IMG/VR virus record: IMGVR_UViG_3300020200_000004
Direction: 5' to 3' (one strand)
DNA from: a virus
Taxonomy: Duplodnaviria; Heunggongvirae; Uroviricota; Caudoviricetes
Length of the DNA: 47,954 nucleotides
Shown here piece by piece: positions 29,863-41,377 of this stretch. Numbering within the stretch: the first letter of the stretch is position 1; each line of letters begins with the position of its first letter. Position numbers and translations under genes: made by a program. Below the pieces are notes generated by a model that saw nothing but the letters and a program-made list of their open reading frames with translations, searched no databases and was not told where the DNA came from.

Positions 29863-30552
29863 ATGGAAATCTACCGTGGACGCAGTATGATTGATGGCAG
29901 TAACATTGTCTCAATCGCTACTAAGACTGATAACCGTAAAACCGGCGATGTTATTCAAATTTGGATTCTGCCAGCAAGCATGAATCCATTAGAAGCAATT
30001 AAAAATAACGTTGACCGTGGCGTATGTGGTGATTGCAAACATCGTGGCTCAACTTGCTATGTCCCAACATTCCAAGCACCATTGCAGATTTATCGTGCAT
30101 GGCTAAAAGGTAATTATCCTATTGGTATGATTGCTGATAATCAAATTGTTAGGCTAGGTGCATATGGCGACCCCTGCGCACTACCTTTTAATTTTGTAAA
30201 AGAAATTGCGCAAAAGGCAAAGGGATACACTGGATATACCCATCAGTGGAAAATGCCTCATGTTCAACCCTATAAGCAATTTTTGATGGCTTCTGTAGAT
30301 TCTCTTAAAGAATACCAACAAGCAAAGGCAATGGGATGGCGGACCTACAGAATCAAGAATGCTTTTGAAAATAAGCTAAATCAAGAAATTGTTTGCCCTG
30401 CATCTGAGGAAGCTGGCAAGAAGTCTACTTGTGAGAAATGTTGTCTTTGCTCCGGTTTGAATGGAAAAGGCAAAAAGGATATTGTAATTAATATTCATGG
30501 CTTGCCCTATAAACAAGAACGATTCAAGCGATTGTCTCTAAATTTGGTATAA
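29863..30552 (+). CDS. Cys-rich conserved-looking phage protein (possible Fe-S protein)
   Basis: CGDCKH..CY, VRLGAYGDP, TGYTHQW, CPAS..TCEKCCLC; starts after motif B. Confidence 0.6.
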   Translation: MEIYRGRSMIDGSNIVSIATKTDNRKTGDVIQIWILPASMNPLEAIKNNVDRGVCGDCKHRGSTCYVPTFQAPLQIYRAWLKGNYPIGMIADNQIVRLGAYGDPCALPFNFVKEIAQKAKGYTGYTHQWKMPHVQPYKQFLMASVDSLKEYQQAKAMGWRTYRIKNAFENKLNQEIVCPASEEAGKKSTCEKCCLCSGLNGKGKKDIVINIHGLPYKQERFKRLSLNLV

Positions 30553-31169
30553 AACATGAAATATGCAATTAAAGCTGATGATGGGTGGTATCTTCGCTGG
30601 CCGGGTGAAAATGGTTCGGCTCAGGCATTTGATTATGGTTGGAATTCTTACTTGAAAATGCTGACCTGTTTTCGGATAAGAAAACAGCTGAATATCGCCT
30701 TCAAGAATTTTCAGATTTTGGCAAATGGGCAACAGCAAAGATTGTTCCAGTAACAGTGGTAGAATGTGAAAATGAACCTGAATTCTGTGGGGATCATAAC
30801 CAACATCCTTATATATTCAACAAAGAATGCGGTTGTTATGTTTGTGAAAAGTGCGGCGATCATAAAGGTTTAGCACGTTGTTATTGTGGATGGGCAGCAA
30901 GTGGTGGAAATGGCATTGAAGAATTGGAAGCTTTAGGCGAAACAATTGATCCAGATTATTAATTGTACCAAGAGATAATATGAAATACATTCGCAAACAT
31001 TTTGATACGCTAGAGGAAGCTGAACAATATCAAGATAAGTTATATGAAAAATATGACCGTGTATATCTTGTAAGTTGCCCCTTGTTTGAGGAATATGGGG
31101 TATATTCGTGGCAAGTGGAAGGGGGGACACCCCCTGAAACCCCTGATGAATAATTGTACCAAGCAAACC

Positions 31170-31421
31170 ATGAATACGAGTAAATTCCTCTGGAATTCTA
31201 AAACTAGAACATTTACCGCTGAAATTAGTTCATTGCGTGAAGAAAAGATTGATGAAATCCGCCTCCAGTCTGCAACTACAGGCAGGATAGTCACTTACAA
31301 ACTTAAATTTACAAAACGTGATGAAGGCGATATAATATATTGGGAACTTGAACCAATCCCAGAAAGTGTAGTAAATATACCAGAATGCAAGGACACAAAA
31401 ATCATTATCTTCAACGACTAA
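31170..31421 (+). CDS. hypothetical protein
   Basis: Start reassigned to the ATG after motif B at 31149. Confidence 0.65.
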   Translation: MNTSKFLWNSKTRTFTAEISSLREEKIDEIRLQSATTGRIVTYKLKFTKRDEGDIIYWELEPIPESVVNIPECKDTKIIIFND

Positions 31422-31648
31422 AACCCGGTGATGTGCTGATAACGCACACTGGACAAATAGCCACTTTTACGAGACTTGGTTATTCAGATGGCTTCAATGA
31501 TCTAATTGACGAAATTATTGTTGAAGTTGGTAACAAAACTTATTCACTGTCTCCGCATGAAATAAAAGGTTTGTATTGTCTAGAAACACCTAAAGGTTTT
31601 ATTCCTTTATCTTACTTGGCAACATTGAGAGATTTAATAAATAGAAAT

Positions 31649-31787
31649 GGGCCGGATATGGCTTCGATTGTGTAACCGAATAGTAGTCTAAGGCGTGGTA
31701 GCCTAAAACGGGAAAAGATGCGCTTTGTTGAAGTACCGTGATTGCTAATAGTTACGCAAGACCTGGGATCGTTCCCCAGCCGGTCCA
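31649..31787 (+). ncRNA. Minimal tmRNA-like RNA (139 nt)
   Basis: Acceptor GGGCCGG/CCGGTCC with G3.U70 and discriminator A; GGCTTCGA 5' loop; GAC then T-arm CTGGG/CCCAG; P2 helices TTGTGTAAC/GTTACGCAA and TAGTAGTC/GATTGCTA. Confidence 0.75.
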
Positions 31788-31789
31788 CT

Positions 31790-32020
31790 ATGAAATACGC
31801 TGTTTATATTAAATTAGACTGGCATTTTGGATGGCAATTATATCGTTTCTTTAATTCAGAAAAAGAAGCGAATGATGAAATTGCCTACTTCAAAGCTAAT
31901 GCCTGCAAAGCTAGTATTGCCTTATTAGAAAAAGGTAATACATTATGGCCAATTAAATTTTACTTATTCTGGCCTAAAACCGCTAAACTCCTAGTCAAAT
32001 GCAGACTTGATAAATGTTAA
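31790..32020 (+). CDS. hypothetical protein
   Basis: ATG immediately after the tmRNA-like 3' end; stop in motif B. Confidence 0.6.
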   Translation: MKYAVYIKLDWHFGWQLYRFFNSEKEANDEIAYFKANACKASIALLEKGNTLWPIKFYLFWPKTAKLLVKCRLDKC

Positions 32021-32169
32021 TTGTACCAAGGAAACTATGTTCGCAACACTAACATTCTTTGAATACCTTTTAGCTACAATTATTGGTAATTTACTTGGTG
32101 GTACTTTAGGTGTCTTAGTAGCAATTTATTTGATGGAAGGATGGGACGGCGTTAAATCTTTCCTGGCCT

Positions 32170-32661
32170 TTGTCTTTAAGCGTAATTGACATGCACCTTA
32201 TATTTAATTCGCCTTATGAATTCTATGAACTTCCCGAAGAGGAACGTATCAAGCTAATTGGCCGAATCTACAAGGCAAGAAACTGGAGAGTTAAAAAGGG
32301 TAAAAAGGAACTTACTTATACTGACGTTCAGCCTACCATTTATATTCCTATTGGCCTTCACCCAGAAGAATTTAATTATGGAATTCAACAAGGCGTATTG
32401 TGTATTCCAGAAGTTAGAGAAATCCCCGGTAATGAAAGTCATGATAAATGGTTTAAGGTAGGGGCATTCTCACCTGATGACCTTGATCGTGATTTAGAAT
32501 TTACTTTAGAAGATATTAAGAATACAGATTCTCTTGGTATTAATCACTTGAGACAGGAAATTATTGAATTCATCAAGGGACCAATGCATAAAGTCAACCG
32601 GCGATATAAAGAAGTTTTAGAACAAATCCAAAAACACTTTAATGCTGGTAAACTTTATTGA
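32170..32661 (+). CDS. hypothetical protein
   Basis: 163-aa ORF; stop TGA lies in a motif B variant. Confidence 0.65.
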   Translation: MSLSVIDMHLIFNSPYEFYELPEEERIKLIGRIYKARNWRVKKGKKELTYTDVQPTIYIPIGLHPEEFNYGIQQGVLCIPEVREIPGNESHDKWFKVGAFSPDDLDRDLEFTLEDIKNTDSLGINHLRQEIIEFIKGPMHKVNRRYKEVLEQIQKHFNAGKLY

Positions 32662-32672
32662 TTGTACCAAAT

Positions 32673-33131
32673 ATGAAAACAATAAATATTCATAATGTCC
32701 ATGCTTATGCAAGAAAATTGATGGACAAATATGGCCTGTTTTCTTGGACTTTTAAGTTAGATAGAGCTAAGAAACGTGCCGGATTATGCCGGTTTAGACC
32801 ACAAATTATTTCTCTTAGCCATTATTTCGTCACCTTAAATGAAGATGATGAAATAATAGATGTAATATTACACGAAATTGCTCATGTGATAGCTGGCCCC
32901 AACGAAAACCACGGTTTCAGATGGAAACATGCTTGTGGCTTAGTTGGTGCAAAAGTCAGACGATGCGCACTTAATGCCATTATGCCTAATGGAAAATATA
33001 CAGCTTATTGCTTAAATTGTAACAAAAAACACTATAGACACAGAATGCCAAAATTGCTCCCTGAAGAATATATGCATTGTATAGCATGTGGAAGCGAGAA
33101 AGGCAAATTAACTTTTTCTCTTGAAAATTAA
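32673..33131 (+). CDS. SprT-like zinc metalloprotease, paralog 1
   Basis: RAGLC, ILHEIAH..HG..WK, C-terminal CxxC pairs. Confidence 0.9.
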   Translation: MKTINIHNVHAYARKLMDKYGLFSWTFKLDRAKKRAGLCRFRPQIISLSHYFVTLNEDDEIIDVILHEIAHVIAGPNENHGFRWKHACGLVGAKVRRCALNAIMPNGKYTAYCLNCNKKHYRHRMPKLLPEEYMHCIACGSEKGKLTFSLEN

Positions 33132-33148
33132 TTGTACCAAAGAAAACT

Positions 33149-33622
33149 ATGAAAATAATTAATCTACATAACATTCATGATTATGCTTGTCAACTAATGG
33201 CTAAGCATAATTTGCATTATCCGTGGGTGTTTAAGCTGGATAGGGCAAAGCGTAGAGCAGGTCGATGCACCCATTATAAGAAAGTAATTTCCCTCAGTTA
33301 TCACCATGTTATATTGAATAATGATGAGGAAATTACAGATACCATTCTCCATGAAATCGCTCATGCATTAGCTGGTCCTGGCGTTCATCATGGGCCTAAA
33401 TGGAAAGCAATTGCTCGGCAAATTGGGGCAAGACCTGAACGCTGTTACGATGCAGATAAAGTCACAATGCCCAAAGGAAAGTATGAAGCGACTTGCCCAA
33501 CATGCAAAAAAACTTTCCACAAACATCGTAGACCTAAAGCCGGACGAATCCGCTATTGCGCCAAATGCGGTTCAGATAAAGGTAGGCTAACTTTCAGTAT
33601 TGCATCATGTTTGGTTTTTTAA
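33149..33622 (+). CDS. SprT-like zinc metalloprotease, paralog 2
   Basis: RAGRC, ILHEIAH..HGPKWK, C-terminal CxxC pairs. Confidence 0.9.
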   Translation: MKIINLHNIHDYACQLMAKHNLHYPWVFKLDRAKRRAGRCTHYKKVISLSYHHVILNNDEEITDTILHEIAHALAGPGVHHGPKWKAIARQIGARPERCYDADKVTMPKGKYEATCPTCKKTFHKHRRPKAGRIRYCAKCGSDKGRLTFSIASCLVF

Positions 33623-33638
33623 CTGTACCAAGAAAACT

Positions 33639-36144
33639 ATGTTCACATACAATATGAAAGCCTGTATAACTCAAAAAGATGTTCCTACTTGTAAACACTA
33701 TGGTATTGTAACTTTTGGCAAAATTGCAATTCCAGGTGATGAACGTAGTAGGACTAATCCAGGCCACGGTTATCCTGAACATACTGAACATACAGCTACT
33801 TATTCTGCTTACGATAAAGAAGCATGGAAAAATGAAATTATACGGATGACAGAACGCAAACATTACGATTTTGTCGCATTTGTTGCCTATCCAGCTAAAG
33901 TTAAAACTATTTCAACTATAGAAATTGAAAATGAATGAATCTGATACAGAATTGCTTGCCCGCTATAATCATGTAAAAAAAGAACATGATAAAGTTGTGA
34001 AAAGCATGGAGAAAATGAAATTAGGTAGCCCCGCACGAACAAAAAAAGCACAATGGGGTGGTTGCCTATGTTTTACGCTCCTGCAAATAATCAGTGAAAT
34101 TGAAGAACGTGGATTAACAATTTAACTGTACCAAGGAAAACCATGAAAATTAATATGACTCCTTTAACTCAGCAAGAAAAAGAAGAACGGATGTTGAAGA
34201 TTCTGCAAGATAACCCGAAATTGGCGGACGAATTGTGGATAAGGCTTAATGATCCTAATGACCCAATTTTCGGCACTAAAGCTCAAATAGAAAAAAAAGC
34301 TGCGCAAAGTCTTACTGTAGGTGAATTAGAAACAGTATTATCTAAAATTAAAAATAAAGATGCACTTGTATTAGTTTGTGATTCTGATCCTAGCCCAGAC
34401 TTTGATAATGCGGTGCGTGAATTTGATGGTCCTTGGGTTACTTTCATCTTGAAGGCAAAGCGTACTGGTATGATGGGTTTGCATCCACTTACTTGCGGTT
34501 GCCTAGTAAGTTTTAATTGTACCAAAACAATACAGGATTCCCTCTAGCCCTTTCTCAACCTGAAAGTTGGGATGGCGATGATGGCGATACTGGAATCTAT
34601 TATATTCAAGTGAAGGGAATTGAAGATAGCTTTTATAATTTGGAATGAAGGTGTACCATGATTGCTAAACTTCACACAACTGATGTAATTAAAATTGTTT
34701 GGCAAGGTTTAGTGTGGCGATGCTCATTATGGAACGAAAATCTAGTCCGCATAAGCCGAACTAATGAAAACAAAATCTGTTTCATGAATGTAAATGCCTT
34801 CGGCACTCTTGTAAATAATAAAGACATAACCGAATATGAAGAATCTTAACTATTCTCCTGATGCTATTCGTGCCGGAAATAAATGGCGTTACGAAACTCT
34901 TTATAGACGCTGGCTCAACCGATACCACGATTTACTTAAAACTGGTATATCGGCAAAAGAGGCAAGCGAAAAAGCATTCCAACAAGCCAGAAACTCAAAG
35001 TAAATTAATTGTACCAAGTGAAATCATGGCTATCATCCACCTGCATACTAAGAACTTTCAAATTGACGAGGAAGTTGATGTAACTATATGCAAAAATGTC
35101 TACAAAGCATATAGATTCCATTTTCAGCCTCAAGACCTGAACCTGCTGTTTGCTTATCAACTTAAAAATAATTTACTTTTTATTGAAGCCAATGTAATCT
35201 TCAAGCCGCCGCAAGTTTTAGTCAATAAAGAAGTTGCCGCTGATTTTATGGAGTTTTGCGACACTGAACTTGGCATTACTATTTACGATGCAAAGCAAGT
35301 TGAAATGCTGGTGAAACACAATCAGCAAGAAGCGAAATCATGATTGCAAAAGTAGTTAAACCCGTTACAAAAGAAATGTTGAGATATTGGAAAACCACCT
35401 ATAATATAAATACTTGCAATATTTAACTGTACCAAATAGAACCATGACATTAAAATCAGCTAATTTACTGAAACAAGCCGCCGATAAAGTTGGCTTGGAC
35501 CTCACCATCCGAGACAATTATTCGGGGCGTGGAATGTATGGCAGAGAAACTACTGCTGTTATTTTAGATAGCATTCTTCTACTCACTCCGATTCATGGAC
35601 AAGCCTATATCGACCTTGCTAAAGCTGGCGATATAGATGGAATGGAAGAATTGTTAGATGACCTGACTGCCATTCATTATGATAACATGGGAAGGGATAT
35701 TGTCGTTTATTAACTGTACCAAGTGAAATCATGATTACTAAAGTAGTTAAAACTGTTACAGAAGAAATGTTGGGATATTGGAAAACTACCTACAATATCA
35801 ATAACGGTGGATGCGCTGAATGGGCGAATAAAGTCTTTGATATGCTAAAAGATACCCATCACCTTGTAGAAATCTGGGCAACCTTGCATGACTTTGCTGA
35901 TACCTATCATGTTTTTCTTCGCATTGATGGTAAGTTTTATGATGCCGAATGCCTTAATGGATGCGAAGATCATATGGAATTACCTATTTTTGCAAAGGGC
36001 TTCAAGAAATTAAATCGTCGGCAACCTGTATGGCTTGAAGATATCAACCAATGTCTTGACAAAATAGAGAATCGCCGGGATGTTACGGATGAAATGATAA
36101 GGGAATACGATGAAATTAATGGTACTTGCAATAGTAAAATTTAA
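33639..36144 (+). other. Motif-B-delimited small ORFs (33639-33938, 33925-34125, 34143-34547, 35026-35343, 35340-35426, 35444-35713, 35731-36144)
   Basis: Most begin 7-13 nt after motif B and/or end at its TAA. Confidence 0.65.
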
Positions 36145-36161
36145 CTGTACCAAGTGAAATC

Positions 36162-36689
36162 ATGAAGATTAAAGCAATAACCGATGCCCTTGGATTTGAG
36201 ACAACCTTAGAACATATCCAAATTGCCCAAAAAGCATATCAGGGATGGCCGCTTGATTTGCTAAAAAATACATGCCAAGAACTTATAAATGAACTAAACC
36301 GAGTTAACCCAGATGGCGGCGCAGCTTGGAGTTTTGTACATTCTATGAAAATTGCTATTGCTCTCCGTGAAAATTATCCTTCCTTAAAATGGGTCAAGAG
36401 CAATTTGCGCAATAACCTGCAAGCTAGAGTTAAATATAAAATTCTAGATGCTTGTGTAATCGGCAGCGAAGCGAAAGGTACTGCCAAACCTGATAGCGAC
36501 CTTGATATTGCTGTTATCATTCCTCCAGTTAGGGGCAAAACCGCATTAAAGGTTTCAGAAAATTATCATGCAAAGTTTACTAATGAAAAATGGAAACCGC
36601 AATGGAATGGCCGCATTGTTGACTTCCAGTTTTTCTACCCCAATGATCCAGAATTAACTAATTACAATAAAATTAATTGTACCAAATAG
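36162..36689 (+). CDS. Pol-beta-superfamily (MNT-like) nucleotidyltransferase
   Basis: VIGSEAKGTAKPDSDLDIAV (GS..DxD) and VDF third acidic residue. Confidence 0.8.
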   Translation: MKIKAITDALGFETTLEHIQIAQKAYQGWPLDLLKNTCQELINELNRVNPDGGAAWSFVHSMKIAIALRENYPSLKWVKSNLRNNLQARVKYKILDACVIGSEAKGTAKPDSDLDIAVIIPPVRGKTALKVSENYHAKFTNEKWKPQWNGRIVDFQFFYPNDPELTNYNKINCTK

Positions 36690-36781
36690 AACTAAGGCAA
36701 AAGCGATAACGAAATAAAAACGGACCATGAATGGATTTTTATTCCAGCGTGGCCACGAAATTAATTGTACCAAGGAATAAC

Positions 36782-37350
36782 ATGAATTTTACAGAAGCAC
36801 TTAATGAATTTCGTAAGGTCGAAAGGCTCAATTCTACAGAAGGCAGCAGGGGTGTTAAGAATCTCTGCCGTATTTGTAGAGCTATCGGCTATAAGGATGA
36901 CCAATATTTCGGCCAGTTTGACTCAAAAGCAAGCTATGGCGATTTAATTGAATTCCTCCAAGATAATTCCGGCGCTGTTGATGCTATCCTTGATTGGATG
37001 TGCGAAAATGGCGAATACTGGACTGAAAATCTCATTGACGAACTCCCCGAAGAAGTTTTAGCTAAATACGAAGAAGATGAATGAATCCCTGGAAGCTATC
37101 GTTAATTGTACCAAGTGAAACTATGATCCCACTAACCAAAGAACAACTTGATGAAATTCGCCCAAAGATGATTAAAAACGGTGTTCCTGTACGATTCATG
37201 TATCAAGGACAAGCCTGTAATATCACGACTGGCGAAATGCAAAAGAAACATATTAATGTAATCTACCAATTGCATTACTGGCATTTTGACAAAGATACTA
37301 GCAAAACTATCGCCAAACTTACAAACACTATCCCTATTTTCAGTGAATAA
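36782..37350 (+). other. Two motif-B-led hypothetical ORFs (36782-37084, 37123-37350)
   Basis: ATG 7-8 nt after the motif. Confidence 0.65.
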
Positions 37351-37643
37351 AATGGACGAACAACAAGCCACTGATAAACTGGAATCACTTGTAGGCAGCG
37401 TAGATAAATGCTTCCGACTTATGCGATTGTACCGTAGTTGTTGTCAGGCTACTTCCGGCAATCGACTGTTTGAGTATAAGCCAATTTCAACGGATGACCT
37501 TTTTCGCCAACGTGCAAAACAAGACGGCTATTCCCCAGCTGCCATTAACCATTACCTAAATTATATAAGGTAAATATGAACCTTCAAGAAATGTTTGAAC
37601 TTCACCAGATACCTATTATAGTTAATTGTACCAAGGAAAACCT

Positions 37644-37948
37644 ATGATTACATTAAACCAGGCTTTTTCCGCAACGGTATCATGGGCTATGACTTCCTTA
37701 AAGATAATAACATCCTCCCTGACCCAAATAATTTACAAAATACCCATGTCCTTTTGGGCGAAATAAAAGTCAATAACCCAGAAGATGCCTTTAATAAACT
37801 CCAAGGCGAAAACTGGTCCCCATATGGTGAAGCTAGAGCCTTTATTCAAAATCTACAACTAAAACATACATCCATGTCCGTTGGCGATATCATTACAACC
37901 CCAGATGATACCCTACTCTGCGATGTCTTAGGCTTTATTAAACTTTAA
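37644..37948 (+). pseudogene. YodL-like protein, frameshifted near its start
   Basis: HTSMSVGDII signature; the motif-linked ATG at 37644 is out of frame with the body. Confidence 0.5.
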
Positions 37949-38291
37949 TTGTTCAATGGTTTCCCCCTTATTAACATCGACACTGGCGGCGGTTACTACT
38001 CAACCAACCTTCGTCCTACCATCGAAATTAACCTAAATAATGTTATGATCCACGATATGTTTGATGAAAATGATCCCAGATGGAAAGAATACGCCAATAC
38101 TTCATCTGACCGTTCCTCTATTTAACTGTACCAAAAACATTATGTATTTGATATCCCAGAATATACCTATACTGACCCCGTTGAAGCACAAACATATAAA
38201 GCTATGACGAAGAAACTGTTACCCTACAATTCGCCATAGAACGTATGAAAGTCGATATTCAATACGATTCTTAACTGTACCAAGGAATAAC

Positions 38292-39083
38292 ATGAAACTC
38301 AATAAAGTCTATGTCTGGGTTCCTACTAAGGGCTGGAAGAAAATCTATAAATCCTATTCTCGCTCCCTTGCCCAAAAATTCGCCCAATCCCTTCAACCCC
38401 TAGAAGTTAAACTAATTAGGGATGACGGCGAAACCTTCTACGGCGGACGTTTATGCGAAGTTAATTACAATGTCCCAGAAGGTATTGGTTTTGCCAAAGT
38501 AATTTAATTGTATCAAATAAAAAGTACCTAAAATCAAACTTCTAATTTAACTGTACCAAAGAATAACATGGAAATTATTAACGTCAATTTCATGCGACAT
38601 GGCGATAACAAACAAGTCTATATCTAACTTAACTGTACCAAGGAATAACATGAATTACAAATATATCAAAATCCCTGTGAAATTCCGTGGCGTCGTTAAT
38701 GTCTGCGTCCCTGATAATATTGACCATACCACACAATATACACAAGAAGTCTCTGGTTGCTGGGAAATCAATATTTAACTGTACCAAATAAAACCATGAA
38801 AGAAATCATCGTAAACGAAACCCTGGACTTTCTTGACCTGTATCAACTCGAAGGTAATATCCAAAAAACCATCGAAATGCTACAAGACCTGCAAAAGCGC
38901 TATCCAGGCGAACTATCCCTTGAACTAAAACGAAAAGACTATAACGACGATCAAGAATATGCTGTCATCACCAAACGCCCCGAAAATGAAAAAGAAAAAG
39001 CCAAAAGACTAGAACAAGAATATCAACGAAAAGCATATAGAAAAGCCGAATACGAACGACTAAAGAAAGAATTTGAACCATGA
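38292..39083 (+). other. Motif-B-led small ORFs (38292-38507, 38796-39083) and micro-cassettes
   Basis: Motifs at 38270, 38503, 38546, 38628 and 38774. Confidence 0.6.
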
Positions 39084-39489
39084 CCTCTGAACAAGTTAAC
39101 AAAATTATCGACCTGCTCAAAGAACTTGCAGCTATCAAAGATAATATCCTTTATGCCACCTATTTCGAATATCTTGAATGGTATGAAACTTACCTTAATC
39201 TTTAACTGTACCAAATAACCATGACCGAACATAAAGACGATATCCTGCAAGCTGCCGATATTCCGTATCCTCCAGGTATTATCTCCGCTCATGGCGACAA
39301 ATGCTATAGCTATGAAGATGCCTTCAAGGAAATTAATATTACTTTTAATCAAGGTGTAGTTTCCCGGCATTGATCGGAATAAGGTCGGCAATAGGTAAGC
39401 AGATAGATAGCTAAAAATGGCTGGGTTTATCCTATTGATTGGATTAAACAAAACTATAAACAATTCATTCACCTATTGCCTTAATTGTA

Positions 39490-40080
39490 CCAAGAAAAGT
39501 TATAAAAATTGAAATTAAAGGATTATTAAATGTATCTGGTGGGAGAAAATGGAGCTAAATGGATGGAAATGGGTTAAAAATGAGGCTAAAGGGTTCTAAC
39601 TTCCTTGCCATTTTGACACCTTTTAATTAAAAAAAGTTCCGCAAAAAGCGGTTTTTAATTAAATAAACCCGTTTTTTAATGGATTAAAGGCATTTTTAAC
39701 TGTACCAAATGGGATTAAATGGTTAAAAACTGGCCATATAGCCCATAAACTGCATTAAATGGCCTATAACGAAGTCTACCTATATAATTGATTAGGACTT
39801 CATTTTAGCTAATAGAATCAATTATAATTAAATCTGGACGCATTAGAGGGGTATTTAGAAGATTCTTTTAATTTCATCTTCGCCTACATCATTATTAGGT
39901 TGGCCTGGACCTTTGGCATGGTATAGGGGTTTCCAATAACCGGACTTTCGCATTTCGTCTTTTACAGTTTTTGTACATTTGCCGCAAAATTGTGGTTAAT
40001 GGGTGATAATACGGCAGATCATCGTTGACACTGGCGTTTTCCTTCTAGAAATTGGATAAAAGTTTGTATAATTGGTATGT
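39490..40080. other. Putative replication origin region
   Basis: Non-coding and AT-rich, with GGATTAAA-like repeats and inverted repeats; + strand changes from C/A-rich to G/T-rich here. Confidence 0.55.
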
Positions 40081-40252
40081 AGGGTTGGGATATTTAATTG
40101 TACCAAGGGTATATCATGAGCTCCCCGAAGATGTGGCGATGGAGTTTTGGTGAGTATTTTCAGGAAGTGATGCATTATTTGGTGATGAATCATAAGTGGG
40201 ATGATCCATATGCGTCGATAACACCTATGTTTGATCCAGAGGGACGATGGTT

Positions 40253-40428
40253 AAATAGGGTATTTGATGCCTATAATGAATGTACTGATACAAAATTGGT
40301 AGCTTTTTTGATTCATTGTGAGAGATTTGGGGAAGATGATAAATAGGGTATTTGATGCCTATAATGAATGTACTGATACAAAATTGGTAGCTTTTTTGAT
40401 TCATTGTGAGAGATTTGGGGAAGATGAT
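40253..40428 (+). repeat. 88-bp perfect tandem duplication
   Basis: 40253-40340 equals 40341-40428. Confidence 0.95.
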
Positions 40429-40898
40429 TAATTGTACCAAGTGAGTTCGTGTAAAATTAACTCAAAGGGGAATAAAATGAACATTCAGAAGGTAAATTTC
40501 TTGCGGGTTCGTCGTCCATTGTCTTTTCAGCGTCAGAATGTGGTGAATGGGGTGGATATAAGTGGAAGTTGGATGACAGTTGAGTTGGAAACACCGCTTT
40601 ATAGTGAGGAAGTGGATAAGTTTATGTGTGAGGAGTTGCCTGGGTGGGAGTTGCAGGGTTGTAGTGTGACGAATCCAGGTCCAGATTTCAGTAAGGCTGC
40701 ATAGCGCTGGGAAATTTTCTCTTTTTTTCTCAAATTTGGTAGTTTAACATAAGTTTAATTGTACCAAAGGGTTGTGACGCAGGAAAATTTCTTGTTTTTT
40801 TCCTAGGGGGTTAAAATGTTTGTGATAGCTATTGGTGATGCATTTGATGCTAACGGTGTAGAATGGCATATAGTTGAGGTTAAGACGCTACAAGGTAG

Positions 40899-40966
40899 TG
40901 AGTACGATTCTTAATTCAAAGGTGTAAAATGATGAGTACGATTCTTAATTCAAAGGTGTAAAATGA
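40899..40966 (+). repeat. 34-bp tandem duplication
   Basis: TGAGTACGATTCTTAATTCAAAGGTGTAAAATGA twice. Confidence 0.9.
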
Positions 40967-41349
40967 GAAGTATTGCTGATAAGTTGTGGTTAAAGAAAGT
41001 AGATAACTTTAAGGTACGGCAAGCCTTAATGGTAATTGGATTGGATAAGAATATACGTTGGTGGCTAAGGGAAAATGACCCAATGGCGTTAAAGCAAGTC
41101 GAAGAGGCGTTGCACGATGGATGATGAGGTTAGGAAGGAATTGAGTTTAATTTAATTGTACCAAGAGGGATTATGACATACAGACAGATAAAGCGGTATG
41201 GTGATGCGGAGTTTTTCCAGATTGATGCTTTGACGTTGGCAATGAATCCAGATGTTGAGGCGGCTGCTAGTGATGTACAACCGATCATATTGTTTACTGA
41301 GTAGATAAGTTTAGTGATGATTTTTCTGTAAAATAAATTTATTTTTTGA

Positions 41350-41377
41350 TTTACAGAAAAGAAAAATGGGATAGAAT
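41350..41377 (+). promoter_or_regulatory. sigma70-like promoter overlapping an inverted repeat
   Basis: TTTACA-16 nt-TAGAAT; TTTTCTGTAAA (41322) / TTTACAGAAAA (41350); motif B follows directly. Confidence 0.5.

Noticed and set aside
34535-34598. Structured RNA after motif B at 34512
   Set aside because: Only two 6-bp stems; too weak to call.
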